Source: an uncultured Acidimicrobiales bacterium (lineage in GTDB: Bacteria > Actinomycetota > Acidimicrobiia > Acidimicrobiales > SHLQ01). Taken from it: DNA of 52,188 nucleotides. How positions within the stretch are numbered: the first letter of the stretch is position 1; the number at the start of each line of letters is the position of its first letter. The position numbers were made by a program, and so were the translations under genes. The DNA is taken from assembly GCA_964494395.1 (NCBI GenBank), contig CAZBTI010000004.1, positions 3,456 through 55,643 of the forward strand. Reading direction: 5' to 3'. The notes under the pieces are model-generated. The model was not told where the DNA came from, ran no database searches, and worked only from the letters and a program-made list of their open reading frames with translations. Positions 1 through 7,741 of this stretch are shown piece by piece.

Positions 1-55
1 GCGAAGACTCGGGCGAAGATCCGAGCGAAGACTCGGGCGAAGATCCGAGCGAAGA
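1..55 (+). repeat. 24-bp direct tandem repeat, 2.3 copies (gcgaagactcgggcgaagatccga)
   Basis: Units at 1-24 and 25-48 are identical and 49-55 is a partial third copy. The repeat encodes the acidic tail of the partial CDS. Confidence 0.85.
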
Positions 56-62
56 ACAGTAG
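1..62 (+). CDS. 3' end of an upstream gene (partial, identity unknown) ending in an acidic EDSG/EDPS repeat tail
   Basis: Frame 3 reads ...EDSGEDPSEDSGEDPSEEQ with TAG at 60-62. Only about 20 codons are visible, so no family call. rbfA/nrnA-type genes often precede truB in actinobacteria, but that is inference only. Confidence 0.35.
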   Translation, partial: EDSGEDPSEDSGEDPSEEQ

Positions 63-64
63 GC

Positions 65-979
65 GTGGGCAAGCGCCAGCGAGATCCGGGTCCGACCGGA
101 TTCGCAATCGTCGACAAGCCACGGGGCTGGACCAGCCATGACGTCGTTGCCAAGGCGCGGGGAGTCTTTAAGACTCGCAAGGTCGGTCATTCAGGAACTC
201 TCGACCCTGATGCGACGGGTGTGTTGTTGCTCGGCGTAGGCAAGGCCACCCGGGTTCTCCGTTTCCTCGATGGTGTACCAAAGGCGTACACCGGCGAGAT
301 CCGATTTGGTTCAGAGACTGATTCGCTCGATTCGACCGGTGTTGTTACCAAGACCTACGACATGGTTGCAATCGACCTCGACGCTGCTCGAGAGGCAGCC
401 AAGACGCTGACCGGCGACATCTTGCAGGTGCCGCCGATGGTGAGTGCGAAGAAGGTCGATGGCAAGCGACTGCACGAACTTGCTCGCGAGGGCATTGAGA
501 TCGAACGGAAGCCCGTACCGGTGACCGTCTACTCGTTCGACCTCGAACCCACAGATGACCAGATGACGCTTCGATGCTCAGTCGAGTGCTCGGCTGGTAC
601 ATACATCCGCTCGCTTGCTGCAGACCTCGGGACGGCTCTCGGGGGAGGGGCGCATCTCCACGGGCTTCGTCGAACAGCCATTGGTTCGTTTACCGAGGCC
701 ATGGCTGCACCGCTCGACGAGGTCGAACTTCGACCGGCGGCTGAATTCGTATCGGATCTCGGGTTGATCGAGGTCGACGAAGAAACCGAACTCGACGTGC
801 GCTACGGGCGAGTACTCGATGCCGCTCGAATTGGGGCGTCGGGCGAGGGGATCTACCCTTTGGTTAACGCTGCTGGTGAATTGCTGGCGGTATACGAGCC
901 CCACCGCGGGGACACGGTAAAGCCGGCGGTTGTGTTGGCCGAACCTCCCCCGAAGACCAACCCTCCCGAGGCCGAGTAG
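65..979 (+). CDS. truB: tRNA pseudouridine(55) synthase TruB
   Basis: 304-aa ORF with GFAIVDKPRGWTSHDVV and GHSGTLDPDATGVLLLGVGKATR (catalytic Asp in GTLDP). GTG start. Confidence 0.95.
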   Translation: MGKRQRDPGPTGFAIVDKPRGWTSHDVVAKARGVFKTRKVGHSGTLDPDATGVLLLGVGKATRVLRFLDGVPKAYTGEIRFGSETDSLDSTGVVTKTYDMVAIDLDAAREAAKTLTGDILQVPPMVSAKKVDGKRLHELAREGIEIERKPVPVTVYSFDLEPTDDQMTLRCSVECSAGTYIRSLAADLGTALGGGAHLHGLRRTAIGSFTEAMAAPLDEVELRPAAEFVSDLGLIEVDEETELDVRYGRVLDAARIGASGEGIYPLVNAAGELLAVYEPHRGDTVKPAVVLAEPPPKTNPPEAE

Positions 980-1929
980 TGAAGATCATTCGAGACAGCG
1001 ACGACCAGCGAATCGACGCATCAGTGCTCACAACCGGTGCCTTTGACGGAATTCACCGTGGTCATCAGACGGTGATTGCCGAGGTCATTCGCCGAGCGGG
1101 GGACCGAGGCGTTCCATCGGCGGTAGTTACCTTCGACGTGCACCCGGCGACCGTGGTGCGCCCCGAGTCAGCACCAAAGCTTCTCACGAGCCTTGCCAGA
1201 AAGCTCGAACTGCTCGAAGAGTTGGGTGTCGACGTCGTGTACGTCATCGAGTTCGACGAAAAACGAGCCTCTACTACAGCTGAGGAGTTCGTCGAAGACG
1301 TGTTCGTGAACCGCCTCGGAGCACAAGAGATCTTGGTCGGTAGCGACTTCAACTTCGGAAAGGGCCGCGAAGGCACCGTTTCGCTTCTGGAGGAGTCCGG
1401 AACAATGCATGGCTTTCAAGTGGAAGGACTCGAACTTATCCGTAGGACCGAGACCGAGACCGAACCCGTATCTTCCACCGCGATTCGACGGGCGCTCGTT
1501 GGAGGCGATGTCGAGGGAGCCTCGGTCATGCTCGGGCGACCGTTCGAGATGTGTGGGGAAGTCGTGCAAGGCGATCAGCGCGGTCGAACGATCGGCTTCC
1601 CGACCGCCAACGTCATGTTGCCCGACGAGTTCGCGCGGCCTGCAAACGGTGTCTATGCCTGCCGCTACGTTCAGCCAGATGGTACTGAGCATCAGGCGGC
1701 GGTCAACGTTGGTGTTCGGCCAACGTTCTATGACAACGCCGACTCGGCGGTGCTCGAAGCGCATCTGCTCGACTTTCCCGCCGAGGGAGAGTCTGGCGAT
1801 CTGTACGGACAGGTCGCGAAGGTGCAGTTCTTGTATTTCCTGCGAAGCGAGCGCCGATTCAACGGAATCGACGAACTTTCAGCGCAACTGGCCCTCGATA
1901 TTGCGGAGACTCGTACCAGGCTGTTATAG
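979..1929 (+). CDS. ribF: Bifunctional riboflavin kinase / FMN adenylyltransferase
   Basis: 316 aa. N-terminal GAFDGIHRGH nucleotidyltransferase motif and C-terminal riboflavin kinase region (GRTIGFPTANV, AHLLDF). The GTG start overlaps the truB stop by 1 nt. Confidence 0.95.
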   Translation: MKIIRDSDDQRIDASVLTTGAFDGIHRGHQTVIAEVIRRAGDRGVPSAVVTFDVHPATVVRPESAPKLLTSLARKLELLEELGVDVVYVIEFDEKRASTTAEEFVEDVFVNRLGAQEILVGSDFNFGKGREGTVSLLEESGTMHGFQVEGLELIRRTETETEPVSSTAIRRALVGGDVEGASVMLGRPFEMCGEVVQGDQRGRTIGFPTANVMLPDEFARPANGVYACRYVQPDGTEHQAAVNVGVRPTFYDNADSAVLEAHLLDFPAEGESGDLYGQVAKVQFLYFLRSERRFNGIDELSAQLALDIAETRTRLL

Positions 1930-1951
1930 CCGTACACAGAGAGAACCTCTC

Positions 1952-3481
1952 GTGAACGACTCCCCGGTCGCTCAGCAGCCCAGTACTCTTCGGTTGATGC
2001 CACGCGTTGAGCGCTCTCCCGCGATGATCGCCGCCAACTTCGTGTGTTTGGTCGGCTTTGTCGGCCTTGCCGTGCTCGATGCTCGGGCGGGGACGCTCAG
2101 AGACGGCATCGTCATCGAGACCATGGTGTGGTACGGAATTGCCTTTGTGGGCTTCCTCGGCGCTGTATGGGTAAACGAACGTTCGAAGATTTCGATGGGT
2201 TGGATCTGGGGAGCGGCGGTTCTCTTCCGTCTGATACTGCTCACTACCGATCCAAGCCTGAGTGACGACGTATATCGCTACATCTGGGAAGGAAATCTCC
2301 TGACCGAGGGGGTTAGCCCGTATCAGGCGCCGATCAACGCTCCCGAACTCGATCAGTTCGATAGCCCACTGCGTGCATTGGTGAACAATCCTGACTTCGC
2401 GAGTCCATATCTGCCCGCTACGCACCTCGTGTTTTCGCTGACAGCGCTACTGCTGCCAAACACGCCACTGTCGTTCCAGATCGTCATGACCATTCTCGAG
2501 TTGGGGGCAGCGTGGGGGATGATGACCCTTTTGCGAACGGTGTCGATCCGGCCACAACGCATCTTGCTGTGGTTGTGGAACCCGTTGGTCGTCGTCGAGA
2601 TCGCGCAGGGTGCACACCTCGACGCCATCATGATCGCCTTTACCGTCGCTGCTCTCGTCGTGACTTTTCATTCGAGGTTTTCGCCGACCGGTCTTCTCGG
2701 TCCGGTGTTGCTCGGTCTGGCGACCCTCACCCGTCCAATCCCGGTACTGCTCACACCCGTGCTGTTCTGGAGATGGAACTGGCCGCAACGATTGGCCTAC
2801 GCCGGAACGCTCATCATCGGCGTTGGACCCTTCATTGCGTGGTCGGGTTCGGGCATTGGAGAGGGGCCGGGAAGGGGAGTCTTCGGATCCGGGCAGGAGT
2901 ACACCGAGACCTTCCGCTTCAACTCGGCGATTTACCAAGCCTTTGAACAGTGGGTGGGTAGCCAGGGCCTTGATGATCGTGGGCTGAACGAGCCGCGCCT
3001 GTTGACCATGCTGATTATCTTCGGGGTGTATTTCTTGTGGATGGCGTGGGTCTGGAACGCCGCACGCTCTCGGACGACCGCGCTTAGCTTGCTCCGTCTA
3101 AGTATCGTCCCATTGATCGGCTACACGTTGATCACGCCGGTCTTTCACCCGTGGTACCTCCTGTTGCTAGTGGCACTCGTGTTGTTCCAGACGCCGACCG
3201 AGACCGAACCTTCGCGACGCTGGTTCGCTCTTGCACCGTGGGCTTGGTTGAGCTTCGCCCTCGTGATTTCGTACATCACCTACCAAGACCCGAACTTCTT
3301 TTTTGAGCGGGCGTGGGTGAGACGGGTCGAATGGTGGCCAACGCTCGCTATGGGAGCGGCGGTATTTTTCGGTCAGCGGTTCCTGTTCACGAAGAGCGCT
3401 CAATCGCCAGCGCCACTGTCCGGCGAGCAATATTCTCCACCGAATCAAATCGAGGAAGGTCTCCAACGAGATCTTCGTTGA
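1952..3481 (+). CDS. Polytopic GT-C-type (DUF2029/mannosyltransferase-like) membrane glycosyltransferase
   Basis: The listed ORF 1409-3481 overlaps ribF in another frame with Arg/Ser/Cys-rich junk. The first in-frame starts after the ribF stop are GTG 1952 and ATG 1997. It has many hydrophobic segments, and an early loop SDDVYRYIWEGNLLTEGVSPY resembles the acidic loop of GT-C transferases. The family call is tentative. Confidence 0.6.
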   Translation: MNDSPVAQQPSTLRLMPRVERSPAMIAANFVCLVGFVGLAVLDARAGTLRDGIVIETMVWYGIAFVGFLGAVWVNERSKISMGWIWGAAVLFRLILLTTDPSLSDDVYRYIWEGNLLTEGVSPYQAPINAPELDQFDSPLRALVNNPDFASPYLPATHLVFSLTALLLPNTPLSFQIVMTILELGAAWGMMTLLRTVSIRPQRILLWLWNPLVVVEIAQGAHLDAIMIAFTVAALVVTFHSRFSPTGLLGPVLLGLATLTRPIPVLLTPVLFWRWNWPQRLAYAGTLIIGVGPFIAWSGSGIGEGPGRGVFGSGQEYTETFRFNSAIYQAFEQWVGSQGLDDRGLNEPRLLTMLIIFGVYFLWMAWVWNAARSRTTALSLLRLSIVPLIGYTLITPVFHPWYLLLLVALVLFQTPTETEPSRRWFALAPWAWLSFALVISYITYQDPNFFFERAWVRRVEWWPTLAMGAAVFFGQRFLFTKSAQSPAPLSGEQYSPPNQIEEGLQRDLR

Positions 3482-4490
3482 AATACACATCGCTCGCCGA
3501 CGCCCATGGTTCGGGGAGGTCGTCGGCACCCAGGATGAGACCGAGCAACCCGGCAGACGTGGTCATGTTGTTGTCGGCATCCCAGCCTGCAAGGCCAGCG
3601 ATGGTGACGGTTTCGGTGATGTCGCCGTCGCCGTAGAGCAGTGCCATGATCGTCGAGGCAAAGTTGACCCGGCTCGCCCACCACTCGGGGTCGGTGTCGT
3701 ACTTCTCGCCAATGAGCGCGCGAGTGGCCCGCCAGTCGTCGGGGTTCTGCTCGAACCATGTAACGACGTCGTCGTAGATGGGGGCGATGATCGAGTCTGC
3801 GGGCTCGTCGGCGCGGGCTTCGTCGAGAAGCGATGCCATGTCGGTTGCGAACAACGCCCGACTATAGAGATGGGCATAGAACGCGCTGGCGTCGAGTGCG
3901 GGTCCGCTGCTGGTCACCGAACCAAATCGCCGGGCTTGTTCGCGCGCCTCGTTTGGGTCGTTGACCGAGAGCATGCCGAACAACTCGGTTTCGAGTTGGG
4001 CGTCCATTGCCCAGGCTCCCTCGGGGTTGAGTTCGGGGCTTCCGGTCTCCGGTGGGACCACGCCGTCGAGCATCAGGTCGTGTGCTCGACGGGTGGCCAC
4101 CCAAATGTCGCCTTCGAGGTGATCGACCCACTCGTCACGAATCTGTTCGTACGTTGGGTCGAGCCCGTGGGTTTCGAAGATGTGCAGGTCGAGCCACTCG
4201 ATGTGGGTGTCGTCGTCGGTCGACCATTCGTCGAGCAAGACCAACTCGATCGAATTACCCGGGCCGGGCTCGTCGAGCCAGATCCCTTCGATCGGGAGGC
4301 CGCTGTGGTTCGCGACCATGGTCGCAATCCACGAGCCGTGCACGGCGTTGAATAGGCGATCCTCTGAGATTCCGCCCACCGACGCGCCGTCGTCGTCGCC
4401 TTGAGAGTTGACGAGAACGATCAGCCCGATCGTCACGAGGATGAGGATGAGGATGAACACCCCAAGAAGCACAAACCCGCGACGACTCAT
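3387..4490 (-). CDS. Membrane-anchored ADP-ribosylglycohydrolase-family protein
   Basis: The listed ORF extends to 4829, but residues upstream of the Met at 4490 are Arg/Pro-rich and overlap the divergent gene. From 4490 it reads MSRRGFVLLGVFILILILVTIGLIVLV (a TM anchor). It then carries EWSTDDDTHIE and LAGWDADNNMTTSAGLLG, which resemble the TDDT and GGDTD..A.AG motifs of the ARH/DraG family. Confidence 0.6.
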   Translation of the reverse strand: MSRRGFVLLGVFILILILVTIGLIVLVNSQGDDDGASVGGISEDRLFNAVHGSWIATMVANHSGLPIEGIWLDEPGPGNSIELVLLDEWSTDDDTHIEWLDLHIFETHGLDPTYEQIRDEWVDHLEGDIWVATRRAHDLMLDGVVPPETGSPELNPEGAWAMDAQLETELFGMLSVNDPNEAREQARRFGSVTSSGPALDASAFYAHLYSRALFATDMASLLDEARADEPADSIIAPIYDDVVTWFEQNPDDWRATRALIGEKYDTDPEWWASRVNFASTIMALLYGDGDITETVTIAGLAGWDADNNMTTSAGLLGLILGADDLPEPWASASDVYFNEDLVGDLPRFDSVENIARRTVALAIERSS

Positions 4491-4519
4491 GGTGCTAAGT
4501 GTGCCTCTACGCTGGAGCG

Positions 4520-5416
4520 ATGGCCAGTCTCCTGCTCGCGCATCCAACGTTTCTTGCGTTGAGTAAAGACGAACAGGCCGCGTCGAGCCCATACTTCCCG
4601 CTCGGCATCTTGTACTTGGCGAGTTGGGTACGAGACGCAGGCCATACGGTTGCAATCTACGACGGAACGTTCGAACCCGGCCCCGAGACGTTCGCCGACG
4701 CCCTCGCCGAGCACCAGCCCGATATCGTCGGCGTTTCGGCGCTGCTGCCAACGAAGGCCGCCGCTCTACAGCTCGCAGAAATGGCCCATGGCGACGGAAG
4801 GGTCGTCGTCGTTGGTGGACCGGACCCAACTGCAGACCCAGGGCCGTACCTCGCGCATGAGGCAGTAGATGTTGTCGTGCACCACGAGGGTGAGCAGACC
4901 ATCACTCGGCTTCTCGAGCTCTTCGACGCTGGCGAACTCAATCTCGATGGTCTGCGGAGTGAATCGGGCATTGCTTTCCGGGAGAACGGCTCGATCACCA
5001 TCAACCAACCCCGGCCACCGATCGAGAACCTCGACGAACTCCCGCTGCCAGCGCGCGACCTCATAGATATGGATCGCTACCTCAACGTCTGGGAAACCCA
5101 GAACGGTTACTCGTCGATGACGATCTCTACCAGTCGAGGGTGCCCATACAACTGTTCTTGGTGTCAGGACTCGGTGCACGGCACCAACTTCCGGCAGCGC
5201 TCGCCGGAGAGCGTCGCAGCCGAGATAGAAGCGCTCAAGGGCTCGTTCGCGTTCGAGCGGCTCCGAATGGTCGACGACGTCGATGCGATCTCGCGCACGT
5301 GGTTCGACGACTGGGCAGAGGAGGTTGAGCAGCGTGACGCTGCCGTGCCGTTCGAAGCGCTCAACGATCTCAAACGCACCGACCTGCCGCTACTCGATGT
5401 CAAAGACAGCCTTTGA
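4520..5416 (+). CDS. B12-binding-domain radical SAM protein, C-terminally truncated (possible pseudogene)
   Basis: It has an N-terminal cobalamin-binding-type Rossmann region (PLGILYLASWVRDAGHTV...VGVSALL...VVVGGPDPT). The SRGCPYNCSWCQ CxxxCxxC cluster motif follows. The ORF stops only about 85 aa after the cluster motif, where the TIM-barrel core normally continues. Start is ATG 4520, or GTG 4499. Confidence 0.6.
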   Translation: MASLLLAHPTFLALSKDEQAASSPYFPLGILYLASWVRDAGHTVAIYDGTFEPGPETFADALAEHQPDIVGVSALLPTKAAALQLAEMAHGDGRVVVVGGPDPTADPGPYLAHEAVDVVVHHEGEQTITRLLELFDAGELNLDGLRSESGIAFRENGSITINQPRPPIENLDELPLPARDLIDMDRYLNVWETQNGYSSMTISTSRGCPYNCSWCQDSVHGTNFRQRSPESVAAEIEALKGSFAFERLRMVDDVDAISRTWFDDWAEEVEQRDAAVPFEALNDLKRTDLPLLDVKDSL

Positions 5417-6204
5417 CAGAAGCGCAACGCAATGCTTCCCACCGTGAGTGGGGACTTACACGCTCCACCCGCTCAACCGTGAGCAACTACTTCGGTCCCG
5501 GGTCTCCCTACCCGCTTCACGGGCTGCTGACCGAAGAACGCACGTCAGCCGAGGTCGACCGCATTCTCTCTTGGTGCCCTCAGCCCCCGGTTGACGTACT
5601 CGACTTGGGGTGTGGCTTTGGGCGCCACAGCATCGAGTTCGCAAAGAGGGGATTGATCGTCACTGGCGTAGACCCTTCTCAGGCAATGATCGACCTTGCG
5701 AAAGGCAGCGCAGGGGACGCTGGGGTCGAGGTCGAACTCGTCTGCCAGTCAGGAGCTACGTTTACCCGAGATTCGGCGTTCGATCTGGCAGTTTGTCTCT
5801 TCACGACGCTCGGACAGATCGACCCAACTGAAGCAGTGACGAGCGACCCGCAGGTCCAATTGACGCTCACGAACTTGGCTACCTCACTACGCCCCGGAGG
5901 GCTCTTGGTGGTCGAGGTTCCGGAGAAGGAGCGGGCGCTGGATGGCTTTATTGAATCCGAGACGTTGCGCGCTGGCCATGTGCAGCGGTCGTTCGATGCT
6001 GCCAGGTCGGTTGTGCACGAACGCTTCGATACCGAACACGGCGAGTTTGAACTCGCGTATCAGCTCTTGAGCAAGGCAGAACTTCTGGCAGCGATAGAAA
6101 AGGCCGGACTGCGTATCGCCGACGTGTTCGACGAGGCGGTGCAAACGCCCCCGAACACCTTCGTCACCGTGGTTGCTCATGGCCCGGGCGAAAGGGCGAG
6201 GTAA
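5413..6204 (+). CDS. Class I SAM-dependent methyltransferase
   Basis: Motif I is VLDLGCGFGRHSIEFAKRGLIVTGVDPSQAMI, with post-I/II regions present. The start is uncertain (TTG 5413 overlapping the upstream stop, or GTG 5479). Confidence 0.8.
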   Translation: MTEAQRNASHREWGLTRSTRSTVSNYFGPGSPYPLHGLLTEERTSAEVDRILSWCPQPPVDVLDLGCGFGRHSIEFAKRGLIVTGVDPSQAMIDLAKGSAGDAGVEVELVCQSGATFTRDSAFDLAVCLFTTLGQIDPTEAVTSDPQVQLTLTNLATSLRPGGLLVVEVPEKERALDGFIESETLRAGHVQRSFDAARSVVHERFDTEHGEFELAYQLLSKAELLAAIEKAGLRIADVFDEAVQTPPNTFVTVVAHGPGERAR

Positions 6205-6966
6205 GTGTTCGACTTTCTCACCCCCGATGTTCGAGAAACGCTCATCGACGGACTGATTCTGACCGTCGGGCTGACGATCCTCACGTCGCTTACATCATTC
6301 GCTCTTGGATACTGGGCAGCATTGGGGCGGTCCGGTGAGAACCGTCTCCGTCGGCTTTCAGCGGGCGGGATCGTGGAGATCTTCAGAAACGTCCCGGCGC
6401 TCATCCTGCTGATCTTCTTCGCGTTCGCCGTGCCCAATCTGTTCCCATTCGACCTACGTCGCACGATCTTCTTCAACAACCCGATCGTCAACACGCTGGG
6501 CGACGTCATCGACGTTCCAATCCCGTACTACGCCATCGCAACCGTGCTGGCACTCACGCTCAACACCGGCGCACACCTAGCCGAAATCATGCGTTCGGGC
6601 TTTGTTGCTGTTCCGGTCAACCGGTTGGACGCTGCTCGCTCGCTCGGGGCGTCTGACCACGAAGCGCTGCGCGCCGTCGTGGCGCCGATCGGCATTCGCC
6701 TGGCTTGGCCCGGCATCTCCAATCGACTCGTCCATAACTTGAAGAACACCGCGCTGGCCTCGTTCGTGTCTCTGCCCGAGTTCTTTCAGTTGGTGCAAGG
6801 CACGATTACTCGCACGTTTCGAGCAACCGACTTGCTCGTCTTCGCAGCCATCGTCTACCTCATTTTGTCGACGGTTCTGACCCTCGTGCTCACCTTGATC
6901 GAGCGACGACTCGGAAACGTAGGTGGCATAAATCCAGATGATGCGAGCGAGGTGTTCCATGTCTGA
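6205..6966 (+). CDS. Polar amino-acid ABC transporter permease (His/Glu/Gln/Arg/opine family)
   Basis: 253 aa and multi-TM, with an EAA-like loop (AEIMRSGFVAVPVNRLDAARSLGAS). The GTG start directly abuts the methyltransferase stop. Confidence 0.85.
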   Translation: MFDFLTPDVRETLIDGLILTVGLTILTSLTSFALGYWAALGRSGENRLRRLSAGGIVEIFRNVPALILLIFFAFAVPNLFPFDLRRTIFFNNPIVNTLGDVIDVPIPYYAIATVLALTLNTGAHLAEIMRSGFVAVPVNRLDAARSLGASDHEALRAVVAPIGIRLAWPGISNRLVHNLKNTALASFVSLPEFFQLVQGTITRTFRATDLLVFAAIVYLILSTVLTLVLTLIERRLGNVGGINPDDASEVFHV

Positions 6967-7642
6967 GCAGATTTCGTTTTTGATCAGAATCCTCCCTCAG
7001 CTATTGGTCGGATTCCCGAATAATCGCCCTGGGGGTCTGCTCCTTTCGATCCTTCTCTCGGGAGCTGCCATCGTCGTCGGTACCGGATTCGGCACCATCG
7101 TGGGCTCGGCTCATCACAGCCGCTTCCGCGCCGTGCGATTTGTGGGGGGTCTGTGGAGCCAGGTCGTGCGAGGAATTCCGCTCTTGGTGCAGCTCGTATT
7201 GATCCACGCAACGCTGGGCGCCGGGCGACTGCCGGGCATCGAGACATCGGCTCTCGGCTCCGCCTTTGTCACCCTTGTGATCTACACAAGCGCCTATCAA
7301 GGGGACGTCATACGGGCTGGAATTTCATCAGTTCCACGAAGTCAGGTCGATGACGCAACCATCCTCGGTGCTTCGCCATTCGCCGTACTTCGAACGCTCC
7401 TGTTGCCAACGAGTTTCCGCGTCATGCGACCAGCGCTGCTGACCCAAGCAATCACCGTCTTCAAGGATTCTTCGATCGTCGTCGTCCTCGGCGTCCCCGA
7501 GCTGACGACCCTCGCCAGGATCTCGCTTGGTAGCGACGTAGGAAACGCCCCCTTTTGGGTTGCGACCTACCTCCTCGTGGGAGCGCTGTATTTTGTCGTG
7601 GCGTGGTCAGCGGGCCGCTTCGTGCGGCCCGTCACATTGTAG
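6959..7642 (+). CDS. Polar amino-acid ABC transporter permease, second subunit
   Basis: EAA-like loop (GDVIRAGISSVPRSQVDDATILGAS). ATG 6959 overlaps the previous gene by 8 nt; the listed start is 6938. Confidence 0.85.
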   Translation: MSEQISFLIRILPQLLVGFPNNRPGGLLLSILLSGAAIVVGTGFGTIVGSAHHSRFRAVRFVGGLWSQVVRGIPLLVQLVLIHATLGAGRLPGIETSALGSAFVTLVIYTSAYQGDVIRAGISSVPRSQVDDATILGASPFAVLRTLLLPTSFRVMRPALLTQAITVFKDSSIVVVLGVPELTTLARISLGSDVGNAPFWVATYLLVGALYFVVAWSAGRFVRPVTL

Positions 7643-7741
7643 ATCTGGGACACGGCCCCGCTAGCACGGCAACCTGCCTTGGAACGGTCACCTACGGGGC
7701 GTAGCTTATGGAAGTCTTTGTAAGCACCAAGGGAGAATCAC

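Noticed and set aside
1409-1951. N-terminal 180 residues of the listed 690-aa ORF (1409-3481)
   Set aside because: This stretch lies entirely inside ribF in another frame and is Arg/Ser/Cys-rich with no hydrophobic pattern. The membrane protein plausibly starts at GTG 1952 or ATG 1997, after the ribF stop.
4491-4829. Upstream extension of the ARH-like ORF (listed start 4829)
   Set aside because: It is Arg/Pro-rich (RRRPFRRHGPFLRAVERR...) and overlaps the divergent radical SAM gene. The internal Met at 4490 is followed by a clean TM anchor.
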